Shown one piece after another: positions 41,590-54,021 of a stretch of DNA of 64,000 nt (the stretch's first letter is position 1; each line of letters starts with the position of its first letter). The notes beneath the pieces are model-generated. The model saw only the letters and a list, made by a program, of their open reading frames with translations, made no database searches and was not told the DNA's origin. The position numbers were made by a program, and so were the translations under genes. The DNA comes from Octopus vulgaris (lineage: Eukaryota). The stretch is from NCBI GenBank assembly GCA_951406725.2, contig OX597830.1, forward strand, positions 67,146,001 through 67,210,000. The letters are read 5' to 3'.

Positions 41590-41889
41590 CTGTCAAAAAT
41601 ATAACATATTAATTAACGTACACCAGTGACCAAAATGAAGGTTTCATATGTAAAATGATGCATGAAGAAAGAAGACTTCTGCTTCATAAATACATAGACA
41701 CACACACATACACATCACCACCACCACTACCACCACCACCACCACCACTACCACCACCATTAAAATGATCACAATGATGATGATGATGATGATAATGAAG
41801 ATCGTGATTATGATTATCATGATATGGATGTTGAGGATGATGTGTGTGAGTGTGTGTGTGTGTGTGTGTATGTGTGTGTGGGTGTGGAG

Positions 41890-42319
41890 GAAAAGGATAA
41901 ACCCTAGTTATCAGTATAGTGAATGAGGTTATACAGGAAGATGTCATACCGAATGACTGGTTAAACAGCATCGAAGACAACTGCTACAAAAGTAAAGAGT
42001 CTGCCACAGATTGAAGTAACTACAGAGGCATCAAACAGCTGGACTAGGTAGAGAAAGCTATGGAAAGAGTCATAGCTCAATTAATTGGAGAAATAAAGAG
42101 AGAGAGTAGATGAGATGTGGTTTGATTTTGTGCCGGGGACGAAAGTGCTATGAATGAGACTAGTGTGCAGGAGAAGCACTAAGCTAAAAGTAAGCTGTTG
42201 TACTAAGCTGTCTTCAGGATTTCTCACCTTGTGGTCTTGTGGTTTGCCCAAGGTGCCATGCAGTGGGACTGAACCTGGAATCATGAGATTGGGAAGCAAG
42301 CTTCTTTCCACACAGCACT

Positions 42320-42359
<40 letters not shown>

Positions 42360-42840
42360 TCATCATCATCGTTTAATGTCCGCCCTCCATGCTGGCATGG
42401 GTTGGACGGTTTGACTGAGGACTGGTGAGGCAGAGGCTGCACCAGACTCCAATCTGATCTGGCAGAGTTTCTACAGCTGGATGCCCTTCCTAATGCCAAC
42501 CACTCTGAGAGTGTAGTGGGTGCTTTTATGTACCACTGGCACAAGGGCCAGTCAGGCAGTTCTGGCAACAACTATGCTCAAAAGGTGTTTTTGCATGCTA
42601 CTTGTTGAGAGAGCTAGTTAGTGGAAGAATGGCTTGTGAGAACCATAAAAAGCATGTACAGAGATGCTGTTAGTTAGGTGAGAGTTTAGCTATGAGTACA
42701 ATGATGAGTTTAGAGTACAGACAGGAGTTCATCAGGATTTGGTTCACAGTTGCCTTTTCTATTCATCACAATTATCCAGGCAACAATGGAAGAATTTAAG
42801 AGCAAATACCTGTGGGAACTGCTATATGCTGATGACCACA
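41890..42840 (+). mobile_element. Highly degenerate RTE RT fragments interrupted by other repeats
   Basis: IPNDW..NCYK..NYRGIK and WELLYADD remnants, similar to the 47791..48729 ORF. Confidence 0.6.
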
Positions 42841-43514
42841 CCCAAAGAAACCTCTTTAGTTCTGGTTCCTTTTTCATACTTCAAACTCTCATCTAGCTCA
42901 AAGCCACTTCTCAACTGTATCTCCATTCAGCTGAAAGGGATCCTCCACTGTAACCCGGTCAGTTCAAGTCTTGTGCTCTACAGAGTGATCTCCCCTTACA
43001 ACAGCATCCAGTACACGCTGTAAAGTGGTTGGCATTTCAAACTGTTTATACATGGTTCCAGGTTCAGTCCCACTGCGTGGCATCTTGGGCAAGTGTATAA
43101 CCTTTTTGGCATAATTTTATCAAAGAACATTTTTGGTATATTCCAAACACCATCTTAATAACCTAGAGATAGATTGTTTTCCTAAATCTATCATGGATAG
43201 CGAATTTCATAATTAATATGGTTGCAAAAGGATTCAACCCTTTCGTTACTGCATTTATTTTAAGATGATTTTTGCTTCTTTCAATTACTTTAAATATAAC
43301 AAAGAATTGAGTAAAATAACTTAGTTATCATTAAGCTAGTGTTAGGAACATAAATTGTGACTAAGGTTTAGTGGAAGATTTTAATTTAAAACTTATGAAA
43401 ACAAGACATTTGTAGTCAGAGCCAGAGCTGGTTTCAGCCGGGTTGGTAACAAAAGGATTTAAATGTTTAGAGATTAAAAACCAAAATAGAGAAGAAAAAA
43501 TCCAAGATACTTAC

Positions 43515-43645
43515 TTCGATTATTAAATCCATATCTTCTCTGCATTTTTCAGATATACTCAGATTTTCAATGACAGAATATGCTAATGGTAGATAAAATG
43601 CTACTGGGAATGAAAAAGCGATGCCTTCTGGAACACCATACCAAC
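43515..43645 (-). CDS. MDH1B: MDH1B-like gene, exon 4 (GWYGVPEGIAFSFPV...DLIIE)
   Basis: accAG acceptor, GAA|GTAAGT donor, 131 nt, phase-compatible. YGVPEG..FSFPV is the MDH C-terminal motif. Confidence 0.9.
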
Positions 43646-44449
43646 CTGGTAATAGAAAAGAAAGTATTTCTAAACAGCTTTGTTTTCATCAAGAATGCTA
43701 TGTCAGTGGTTGGAATATAAACAAAGCAACTTAAAGCTTTCATGCGAGGAAGAAATAAATGTTGTGATCTACAGTTAAAGCTTATTATCCTCCAACCCCA
43801 TGTTATATTATCCTTGTGTCAATCTAATGTAGAGCAGAATTCCACATGTGCATTCAGCCCTAGAATATACCCCGCTGTAGGATATCATGTGGTAACCAAA
43901 TAATGATATGAGCTTTTAAATGCAGGTTAGGAAGTCTAGAGTCAGGTTATGAGGTCTAGAGTATCACTCATCAACTTTTTCAGGTACCAATTGAAAAGGA
44001 AGATGAGAATGGAGAGGCAGGTTTTGTCTCGTGAAAGTTTCGTAAAAAGGTGGGTGAATGTAGCAAAGATGGTATTTTTGGTACTCATTTTCAAATAAGT
44101 GTACTGGAAAATCTGGAAACCAAAAGAAGCAGCACAAATGCTAGGACACAAGAAGCTCCTAAGCAGATCGAGTGCAGATATGAACAGCATATGGGAACCG
44201 GTATTAAGGAAGGATAGGAGAATATTAGAGTTATAAGCCCTAAAATTTACTCCATAGTTGCTCACGGGCATATGGCATAGTGGTTAAGAGTGCAGGCTAC
44301 TAACCCCGAGATTCCGGGTTTGATTCCAGGCAGTGACTGGATGATGATGATGATGGTGATAGTGATGATGGTGATGGTGATGATGATGATGATGATGATG
44401 GTGATGATGATGGTGATGGTGATGATGATGATGATGGTGATGATGGTGG

Positions 44450-44480
<31 letters not shown>

Positions 44481-44683
44481 GGTGATAGTGGTAGTTGCGG
44501 CGGCGATGGTGGTGATGGTGATAATGATGATGATGATGATTTCGTTGTCGTCATAAATTTCATGACTAGCTGTTCAAGAAAAATGCTCTCTAAAGAACTA
44601 AACTGGAACTTTCGCTTCTAAAGAATTTAACGCTGACTGCAACCGAAATGATTTAAGATTAAATACGGAAGAATTTTGCTTAC

Positions 44684-45782
44684 CATCGGATATAAGAGTC
44701 GCAGAGAATATGGCATTTGATGATAAACCATTCCACCAGTAATTTAATGTTGTTGTTATGGCATGACCAATGAGATGGTAGGTAGGGTGCCGTAAATTCA
44801 TTTCATTGACGTGTTTTCTTGAACTGACTTCATTTACATACTCCTTCTTGAGCCAGCTTTGTTGATGAAAAATATCATTTAATGGCTGAGAGAATGTAGC
44901 TGGACCAACAACTGCACAATCAAACTCTCTAACTAAAGTCTTGTCCAATTCTATCAAATAATCATTGCTGATACTTCCCAATATAACAACGTTATCAATG
45001 GAGCAGCTGCTTGCTGGCAGTTTTTCAGCTAAAACAGATTTGGCCTGGTTTTCAATTACTTTTGAAACACCAATAATATTTCTGGATGAAATGTGAGAAA
45101 CAATCTCATTTAATATGCTCATATTTAAACACATGTAATTATTTCCTGCAACTAATAGCAACGTGTCACTTTTGGCAACTTTCAACAGAGTTGTCCCATA
45201 AAACCCAAAAAGAACAGCGTTTCTTTCCGTCCACCGATGTACTTTTTCCTCTTCTTTCCTTTCTACCTCATCCAAAAAGATAATAATTCTACTTCCTTTA
45301 AAAGCTTTTTCACAGTCAGATGTAACAAAGACATTCAAATACAGAAGTCCATAAGCCATGTTTTGTATATTTTCAGCGATGTATTGCAATTCAGCTGTCT
45401 GTGCTGGATCGCAGTCCAGAAGACACAATGAAATTTTCTCTTCACCAAATATTTTCCCTGAGAGTAAACTGTCGACTAAACTGAAACAAACTGGGCTACT
45501 AGCATTTGTTATGCACACTTTAATGAATTTTTCGTTTCTTATCCTTTCTCTTTCTTCTTCATCAAGTTCGATTTTAGTGGTTTGATTTTCATAAGCAATG
45601 ATTTTCATACTTTTGCCGTCCAAATCAATAGTAACGCCATAGTAGCCGTATGCATATTCTTCAAATTCATTCGATCCACCAATTAAAACACCTTTCCCAC
45701 CTCGATCAACCAATTCTCTCCAAATTATTGGTGATTGTTCATGCTTCCAACCATTTGCCTCACATATTTCACAAAGCCATTC
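44684..45782 (-). CDS. MDH1B: MDH1B-like gene, exon 3 (1099 nt; WRELVDRGGKG motif and MDH-like fold)
   Basis: ttcAG acceptor, G|GTAAG donor. ORF 44598..45791 contains SPIIWRELVDRGGKGVLIGGSNEF followed by LDH/MDH-like sequence. Confidence 0.93.
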
Positions 45783-45976
45783 CTGAATCACACAAAGTTA
45801 AGCAAAAATTAAAACCAACATAAAATTGAATTGAAACATTGATAAAGCATAGGTATTAACTATTATATCATAGCCATTAACTATTGCAGAAATTTAATTT
45901 CCTCTAGGAAAAATGTTTGTGTACACACAATTATTATCTTTTGTACATTAGGCATAAAATATGCATGCACATAATA

Positions 45977-46184
45977 GACACAGGAGTGGCTGTGTGGTAA
46001 GTAGCTTGCTTACTAACCACATGGTTCTGTGTTCAGTCCCACTGCGTGGCACCTTGGGCAAGTGCCTTCTACTATAGCCTCGGGCTGACCAAAGCCTTGT
46101 GAGTGGATTTAGTAGAAGGAAACTGAATGAAGTCTGTCGTATATAAGTATATATATGTGTGTGTGTGTGTGTGTATATGTGTGT

Positions 46185-46225
<41 letters not shown>

Positions 46226-46447
46226 CGTGTATGTTTGTGTCTGTGTTTGTCCCCCCAACATCGCTTGACAACTGATGCTAGTGTGTTTATATCCCCATAA
46301 CTTAGTGGTTCGGCAAAAGAGACAGATAGAATAAGTACTAGGCTTACAAAGAATAATTCCTGGGGTCGATTTGCTCGACTAAAGGCGGTTTTTCAGCATG
46401 GCCACAGTCAAATGACTGAAACAAGTAAAAGAGAGTAAGAAGAGAGG
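45977..46447 (+). mobile_element. SINE family A copy, absent from the duplicated arm at ~36710
   Basis: The arm reads continuously through CTCATGTGCATGC where this copy is inserted. Confidence 0.8.
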
Positions 46448-46730
46448 GTACATGAGCAGGTGCCCTGCTTAAAGAAAACATTGCCCCTAAGACTGCACCT
46501 GAGCTGCACACGATGATCAACAAGAGTAGAAAAGCAGCAACTGTCATGCTCCAAATGTGACAGGAAGGGCATACAGATGCAAACAATCTGCCTCAGCATA
46601 AATTTCATGCAAGCCATGTGAGCATGGAAAAGGGAATATTAGAATGATGATGATTATATATATATATATATATATATATGTCATAAATATATGACTGAAA
46701 CAAGTAAATGAACATATATATATATATATA

Positions 46731-48691
46731 TCATCATCATCATCATCATCATCGTTTAGCGTCTGTTTTCCATGCTAGCATGGGTTGGACGGTTCTACTG
46801 GGGTCTGTGAAGCCAGTGAAATCTGGCAGTGTTTCTACGGCTGGATGCCCTTCCTAATGCCAACCACTCCGTGAGTGTAGTGGGTGCTTTTTACGTGCCA
46901 CCCGCACAGGTGCCAGACAGAGCTGGCAAACGGCCACGAACGGATGGTGCTTTTTATGTGCCACCGGCACGAGGGCCAGGCGAGGCTGGCAACGGACACG
47001 AAACGGGGTGGTGCTGGCAACGGTCACGCGAAACGGAAGGTTCTCTTACATGCCACCGGCACTGGTAACACATCTGCAATTTCCATTGATCGATTTCGAT
47101 TCTGATCCTCACTTGCCTCAACAGGTCTTCACAAGTAGAGTTTTGTGTCCCAAGAAGGGAAGGTATGCATACGTAGGCTGGCTCCATCCCATGTAGAAGG
47201 CCACGGGTTATGGACTCACTTGTCCTGCCGGGTCTTCTCGCGCACAGCACACTTCCAGAGGTCTCGGTCTCTAGTCATTTCCTCAGTGGGACCTAAAGTT
47301 CGAAGGTCGTGCTTCACCACCTCATCCCAGGTTTTCCTGGGTCTGCCTCTTCCACAGGTTCCCTCAACCGCTAGGGTGTGGCACTTTTTCACACAACTAT
47401 CTTCATCCATTCTCGCCACATGACCATACCAGCGTAAACGTCTCTCTTGCACACCACAACTGATGCTTCTTAGGTCCAGCTTTTCTCTCAAGGTACTTAC
47501 ACTCTGCCGAGTATGAGTACTGACATTACACATCCATCGGAGCATACTGGCTTCATTTCTTGCGAGCTTACGCATATCCTCAGCAGTCACGGCCCATGTT
47601 TCACTGCCATGTAGCATGGCTGTTCGTACACACGTCATACAGTCTGCCTTTTACTCTGAGCGAGAGGCCTTTTGTCACCAGCAGAGGTAAGAGCTCTCTG
47701 AACTTTGCCCAAGCTATTCTTACTCTAGCAGTTACACTTTCAGCACACCCGCCCCCGCTGCTGACTTGGTCACCTAGGTAACGGAAACTATCAACTATTT
47801 CTAGTTTTTCTCCCTGGAAAGTGACGGAAGTTGGTCTCAGTGTTTATTGTTCCTGAGCATCTGCCACATACAAAAACCATCTTCCTAGTTAGCCTTCCTT
47901 TGACATTGCTGCACCTCTTATGTGTCCATAGCTTACACTTGGTGCATCTTATAGAGTTTCTACCTACACCTTTTCTACAGATCGAGCAGGGCCATCTACC
48001 TGAAGGCGTTTGTGATTTGTCTACCTTCCTACTGATTACGACTTTGGTTTTAGCTAGATTGACTCTGAGGCCCTTCGATTCTAATCCTTGTTTCCACACC
48101 TGAAACTTCTCCTCCAGTTCTGATAGCGACTCAGCAATTAGAGCAAGGTCATCAGCATAGAGGAGCTCCCAAGGGCATCCTGTCTTGAATTCCTCCGTTA
48201 TTGCCTGGAGGACTATGATAAATAGGAGGGGGCTGAGTACTGAGCCTTGGTGGACCCCTACCTCTACCTGGAATTCTTCACTGTACTCGTTTCCAACCCT
48301 CACCCTACTAGCAGCGTCCCTATACATGGCCCGCACAGCTCTCACTAACCATTCATCTATCCCTAGTTTCCTCATTGCCCACCAGATAAGGGATCGGGGG
48401 ACCCTGTCGAAGGCTTTCTCCATGTCAACAAAAGCCAGGTACAGGGGCTTATCTTTGGCTAGGTATTTCTCCTGCAGCTGCCTTACCAGGAATATAGCAT
48501 CAGTAGTACTTTTCCCTGGCACAAACCCAAACTGCATCTCATCTAAACTAACTCTCTCTCTAATTAGTTGGGCTATGACCCTCTCCGTAACCTTCATCAC
48601 CTGATCCAACAGCTTGATACCTCTGTAGTTATTTGTATCTAGGGCGTCACCTTTACCTTTGTAACAGTTGGCTATTATGCTGCTACACCAG

Positions 48692-48693
<2 letters not shown>
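46731..48693 (-). mobile_element. 5'-truncated, young RTE-clade LINE (RT, PHD-like finger, 3' UTR, (GAT)n tail)
   Basis: NYRGIKLL, QFGFVPG, FVDMEKAFD, VHQGSVLSP, LLYADDL and LRWYGHVARM motifs; few disablements. Confidence 0.92.
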
Positions 48694-48726
<33 letters not shown>

Positions 48727-48919
48727 CATTTACTTGTTTCAGTAATTTTGACTGTGGCCATGCTGGAGCACTGCCTTTAGTCGACCCCAGGACTTATTCT
48801 TTGTAAGCCAAGTACTTATTCTATTGGTTTCATTTGCCAAACCGCAAAGTTATGGGGACATAAACACACCGACATCGGTTGTCAATTAATGGCTAGGGGA
48901 CAAACACATACACAAATAC

Positions 48920-48957
<38 letters not shown>

Positions 48958-49348
48958 CAATAGATAGGGTGGGACGACTGAAGAAATACCAGTTATGTAC
49001 TGGCGTCGATGTAATCAACATAATTCCTTTGTCTGGTCATGTCGGTACCCTCTATGTTTAGCCCCTTGTGGGTAATATATATATATATATATAGTTATCT
49101 GTATGCCCACACACACACATGCATACATACATATATAAAACAAAAAGAGAAACACCCACTACACTCTCGGAGTAGTTGGCATTAGGAAGGGCATCCAGCA
49201 GTAGAAACTCTGCCAGATCAAGATTGGAGCCTGGTGCAACCATCGGGTTCGCCAGCCCTCAGTCAAAATCATCCAACCCACACTAGCATAGAAAGTGGAT
49301 GTTAAACGGTGATGATGATGATGATCATATTTATATATGTATAAGAAA

Positions 49349-49657
49349 CTAGCAGTATCGTCTGGCGTTGCTCGGGTTTGTAAGGGAAATAACTATACAA
49401 GCATTTTTAGAGAGTTACTTCCCTTATATAAAACCGAGTTAAAATGCATTAAAAAAACCAAAAAATGACGGTAATTTTTTTTTTAAATCGTAGACTCATC
49501 ATTGACGCGCACTAATATGCAGAAGGGCTCGATATGAATTACGACTATAAGATACCCGCTTTTGGTTAAACTGCACCGCAAAATGTGGGAGTAGATAGGA
49601 ATCTAAATCGGAGTAGACAGACACTCACACACACAAATTCAGTTTTATATATAAAGA
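49349..49657 (-). mobile_element. Non-autonomous Helitron-like element at +10 of MDH1B intron 2
   Basis: Minus strand A|TCTTTATATATAAAA...CCCGAGCAACGCCAGACGATACTG CTAG|T. Confidence 0.75.
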
Positions 49658-49667
49658 TATAACTCAC

Positions 49668-49780
49668 CGGCCATTCTGCAGTTGTTTTCACAATCTTGTG
49701 AATTTTGAAATCTGGAAGATTACGTGCGAGTTTGTCCCCAAGCAGCTCTGCTCGGACATAGTAAGGGCAGTCTTGCATTC
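49668..49780 (-). CDS. MDH1B: MDH1B-like gene, exon 2 ([38 protein letters not shown])
   Basis: tttctcaaAG acceptor, GTGAGT donor, 113 nt. The DCPYY..AEL...NLPDF.IHKI motif is typical of MDH1B. Lies within ORF 49566..49847. Confidence 0.92.
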
Positions 49781-49917
49781 CTTTGAGAAAAAGAGACGAA
49801 AAGAAAAAAAAGTTATGAACAATTGTGAGAACTGTTTTGCATTCCATTTAAGATAAACACATATTATTATGAATAAGAAATATTAAAGGGAATATGGTGC
49901 ATACAGAGAATATTATA

Positions 49918-50485
49918 TTGGGTTGTCTGGAAAGTTTGTGCCGATTTGTAGTAGCTTACCTTTCGACTTATTTTAGAACATGGTTGAGTCCATAAAATAG
50001 GATTTGACTACACCTCCATTTAGAGCACAGTTTAGAGCTATCTTTTCGTGGAAGAAGGTTTATGTTCCTATAACCTGTGTTTATTCTGTAACCCTTTAAA
50101 ATGGAAGATAAAAAAGTTCATTTTCGGCACTTGATGCTTTGGGAACCAGACAAAAATTGCTGCAGCTCGGCTGGGATGTGTTACCCCACCCTCCATATTC
50201 ACCAGATATTGCTCCTTCGGATTTCCACTTAATCAGGTCTCTGCAGTATAGTCTTAATGGTAAAAATTTCAATTCCTTGGATGACGTAAAAAAGATACCT
50301 TAATGAATTCTTTGCTATGAAACCACCTCAATTCTGGGAAGAGGGTACTTTCAAGTTAAAGGAAAGATGGAGACGCATTGTGCAACAAAATAGTTCATAT
50401 TCGGTAGATTAAAAAGGTAATGGCAAGTATTTATTGACCTTTTTCTTTCCTTTAAAAATCGGCACGAACTTTCCAGACAACCCAA
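49918..50485 (+). mobile_element. Internally deleted mariner element
   Basis: ~30-bp TIRs TTGGGTTGTCTGGAAAGTT.GTGCCGATTT, TA TSD; MEDKKVHFRH fused to PHPPYSPDIAPSDFHL. Confidence 0.9.
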
Positions 50486-51869
50486 TAGTTACAAATTACA
50501 TTGCTCAGTGGTTTGAGCGTAGGGCTCACAATCATGAGCTGCTTATTGTGTTCTTAAACAAGACACTTTATTTCATATTGTTCCAGTTCACTCAGCTGTA
50601 GAAATGAGTTGTGACATCACTGGTGCCGAGTTGTATAGCAAGTGATGGTGTGCGCGAGTCTAGTGCGAGTAAAAGTGATTCAGAAAACGATTATAATAAT
50701 ATTTTTTTTATTACAAATGATCTCGACATTCTTTTCACTTTACATAAAATATTCTTTACATTTACGGAGATGTATTTGCATAGCAAGTGACTTGATCTGA
50801 GATCGTGTGCTAAAACAAAAAAACAATTGCAGCTTGGAAGATATTTGTAAGCCATCCAAGAACACACAAAAACCGTTAATTTAATTTTCATTAGTGTCAA
50901 AATATTTTCTTCGTCTTGAAAACCACGACCTGTTTGTTCACTGACAAAACTTGGGGCTTATTGCCATTTATTGACGAGTATTGATTGATTTTGATTTTTC
51001 CAGTTTCAGCTAATGAGATGTGGCCATGCTGGGGCACCGCCATTTATTATATATTTTATAGAGAAAATATTTTTCTGGGAACGAATTACGGTTTATAACA
51101 TTGCTACTATGGAAAATTATTGCTCTGCTTTACGAGTTTTTGTTTTAGGAGCGGTTTCCGAGTACAAATTAACTCGTATATCGAGGCCTTACTATACTTA
51201 AAAATTATTCTTTGCATAACTTTGTAGGAAAAGCAATTAAAGGGAAACAACTCTTGTCAACCTGTTCCTGCTCTTAAGAGATTCGCAATATTAATTTTTG
51301 GCTTCGTTCTAACAATTCTTCAACTTTCTTTAGATGTGTTTGGTTAGTGGACACAAAATTAAATTTCTTTACACCAATTAAGTCGGGAAAATTTAGAAAA
51401 AAAAAAAGAGAAATTCAGAATTATGAGGGAAAATAGCACGCTTAATAATAATAATATTAATAATATATTCCTGATATTCGTTTCAATATATTTAAAACTT
51501 ATTCTTTGCATAACTTTGTAGGAAAAGCAATTAAAGGGAAACAACTCTTGTCAACCTGTTCCTGCTCTTAAGAGATTCGCAATATTAATTTTTCATGTCT
51601 TCACAAACGTTGTCAAAAGATTTTATCAAAATATAAGGCAGTATGACTCTCCCCTGACACAACAAAACTCTTAGTTATTTCGCAAACTATTAGTTGTAAC
51701 TAAAATAAATAAATAAACAAATAAAACTGAAGGTTTTTTCTTTTCTTTTCTTTCCTATCATTCCTTTCACATAATTATCTAAAAACAGTTTTTCGAAGTA
51801 TGATTTAAGATAATCTGGTTTTAATGTAGGGAGGGCATTTTGTATGTGTACTTGAGTGCGTGTGTATAA

Positions 51870-51870
51870 T

Positions 51871-51931
<61 letters not shown>

Positions 51932-51988
51932 TGAACAGATAGATAGATAGATGGACAGCTAGATGGACATATAGATAGACAGACAGAC

Positions 51989-52058
<70 letters not shown>

Positions 52059-52092
52059 ACAAATAGACAGATAGACAGACAGATAGATAGAC

Positions 52093-52168
<76 letters not shown>

Positions 52169-52195
52169 GGATGGATGGATAGATGGACAGATAGA

Positions 52196-52226
<31 letters not shown>

Positions 52227-52258
52227 GCAGGCAGGCACACACACACCACACACACACA
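51870..52258. repeat. (GA)n/(GATA)n compound microsatellite
   Basis: Directly visible; a similar (TATG)n/(TATC)n tract lies at 54975-55500. Confidence 0.95.
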
Positions 52259-53316
52259 TTTCTGAGTTGCCCTTGTCGAGTAGCTGACTTGATCTGAGAC
52301 TAATTGAAACAATTACATCGTAATTGTTTGAATACACAAACGTCCTTTAAGGCCCTCATGCTTCCCGAAATCCGTCGAAACTACACCTGATTATATATAC
52401 ACTTTAGATGAGTTGTAGTGCACCTGAGCACTGTACACAATTATTATTATTATTATTATTATTATAACCGAAGCAATAATTAACATCGTTGAAGAGCCAT
52501 AAAAGCTGTTAAAAACAGAAATACGACTAGGCCTCATATATATATATATCGGAGACACCATAGGAATGGTGGGGACACCACAAGAATGGTAAATAGTTGA
52601 CGGCACAAAAGAAATAACTTTAAACGAGCTAAAATAGTATTTGGGATGCCTTATCTCCACTGTATAGAAGCAGATGTGTTACATAAGATTAATTTTGAGG
52701 ACCTGATCACAGTCTTAGCAATTAAAAAAAGTTTTTAAAACACTTTAAATATAAATAAAGTGGAAGTATAGAAAAAAATAAACACTATTTTTCATTTTTC
52801 TGTTAATTTTGTTTCATATCGAAAAATGAAAAAAAAATTTTTTTTATGGTTTATCGTTGCTTATATTTTGAACTATATACATGTGGTGGGTACCACAATC
52901 TTTTAAGCGCTTCGGTACCTCTGTGGGTCTTAATCCGTCCCTGTGTATATCACGGACGACAGAAGATAGTTGTACTCGGGGACGGATGTAAAGAGGTGCA
53001 TAGCTTCCTCTCATTAATACCCGTGATTAACGTAGTTACGTGACAAATACTAGGGCAGTTAAAATGTAGAAATAACAAGTAGATTCACCCTTTGATAAGA
53101 ATTATGGCTTTCTATAAGATTCACTTGAAGCATGAATTTGTGTTTAACACTCGTTGGACCCTTTGTTATTATATACTATTCTACATACAGTACTGTCAAT
53201 ACTATTAGGGAAGCTAAACTGAATGTTAAATACACACACACAAACAGCTATGCATATATACTCATACTAACATGCACCGTAAAGCTAAACCCTTTATGAA
53301 CGGGAAACCTAAGGTA

Positions 53317-53355
<39 letters not shown>

Positions 53356-53358
<3 letters not shown>

Positions 53359-53637
53359 CTCTTGCGTCTCATGTTTGATCTTTGACTTCTGGCCGAAATC
53401 AGATCGCCATGTTGATTCGCTAGCTTTTGCACGCATATTTTTTTCTCTCCTTCTTTCTGTGTTTTTTTTCTCTGTGTATCTTTCTGTTGAAGAGCGTAGG
53501 CTCGAAACGTTAAAGACTTATCTCATTTATATTTCCTGAGCGCCATACTAATACAATTGTTTGTTTGTATTCCACCTGCCTTCGTCTTTTGTTTATTTCC
53601 GTAAACCTGCCTTCGTCTATTTTCATAAAGCTTACCG

Positions 53638-53685
<48 letters not shown>

Positions 53686-54021
53686 CGGTAAGCTTTATGA
53701 AAATATATATATATATATATATATATATAGTCAATAATAAAAGGGTAAAATTAATTAATTATTAATTAATAATTTTACCAAGTAGTGTTCAGTATGTAAA
53801 AAAGACCATTTACGGTATATTTAAAGCATTACGTTATATAATTAGGATTCAGTAAAAAAAATTTACTTCACCACACACCGAACTTTTAGAAATAGCAGAC
53901 AAAAGAGACTTTTCTTATAGTAGAGGAAATAGCTAAAATTTTGGGGATGCTATTTCTAAAAGTTCGGTGTGTGGTAAAGTAATTTTTTTTTACTGAACCC
54001 TAATTATATAACGTAATGTTT

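Noticed and set aside
43232-43462. piggyBac-like MITE
   Set aside because: TIRs are short and imperfect and TTAA is intact on only one side; too weak to list.
44265-44337. tRNA-like sequence (mirror at ~38488-38560)
   Set aside because: A/B-box-like motifs are present but the acceptor stem does not pair and it runs into a microsatellite; a SINE-like head, not a tRNA gene.
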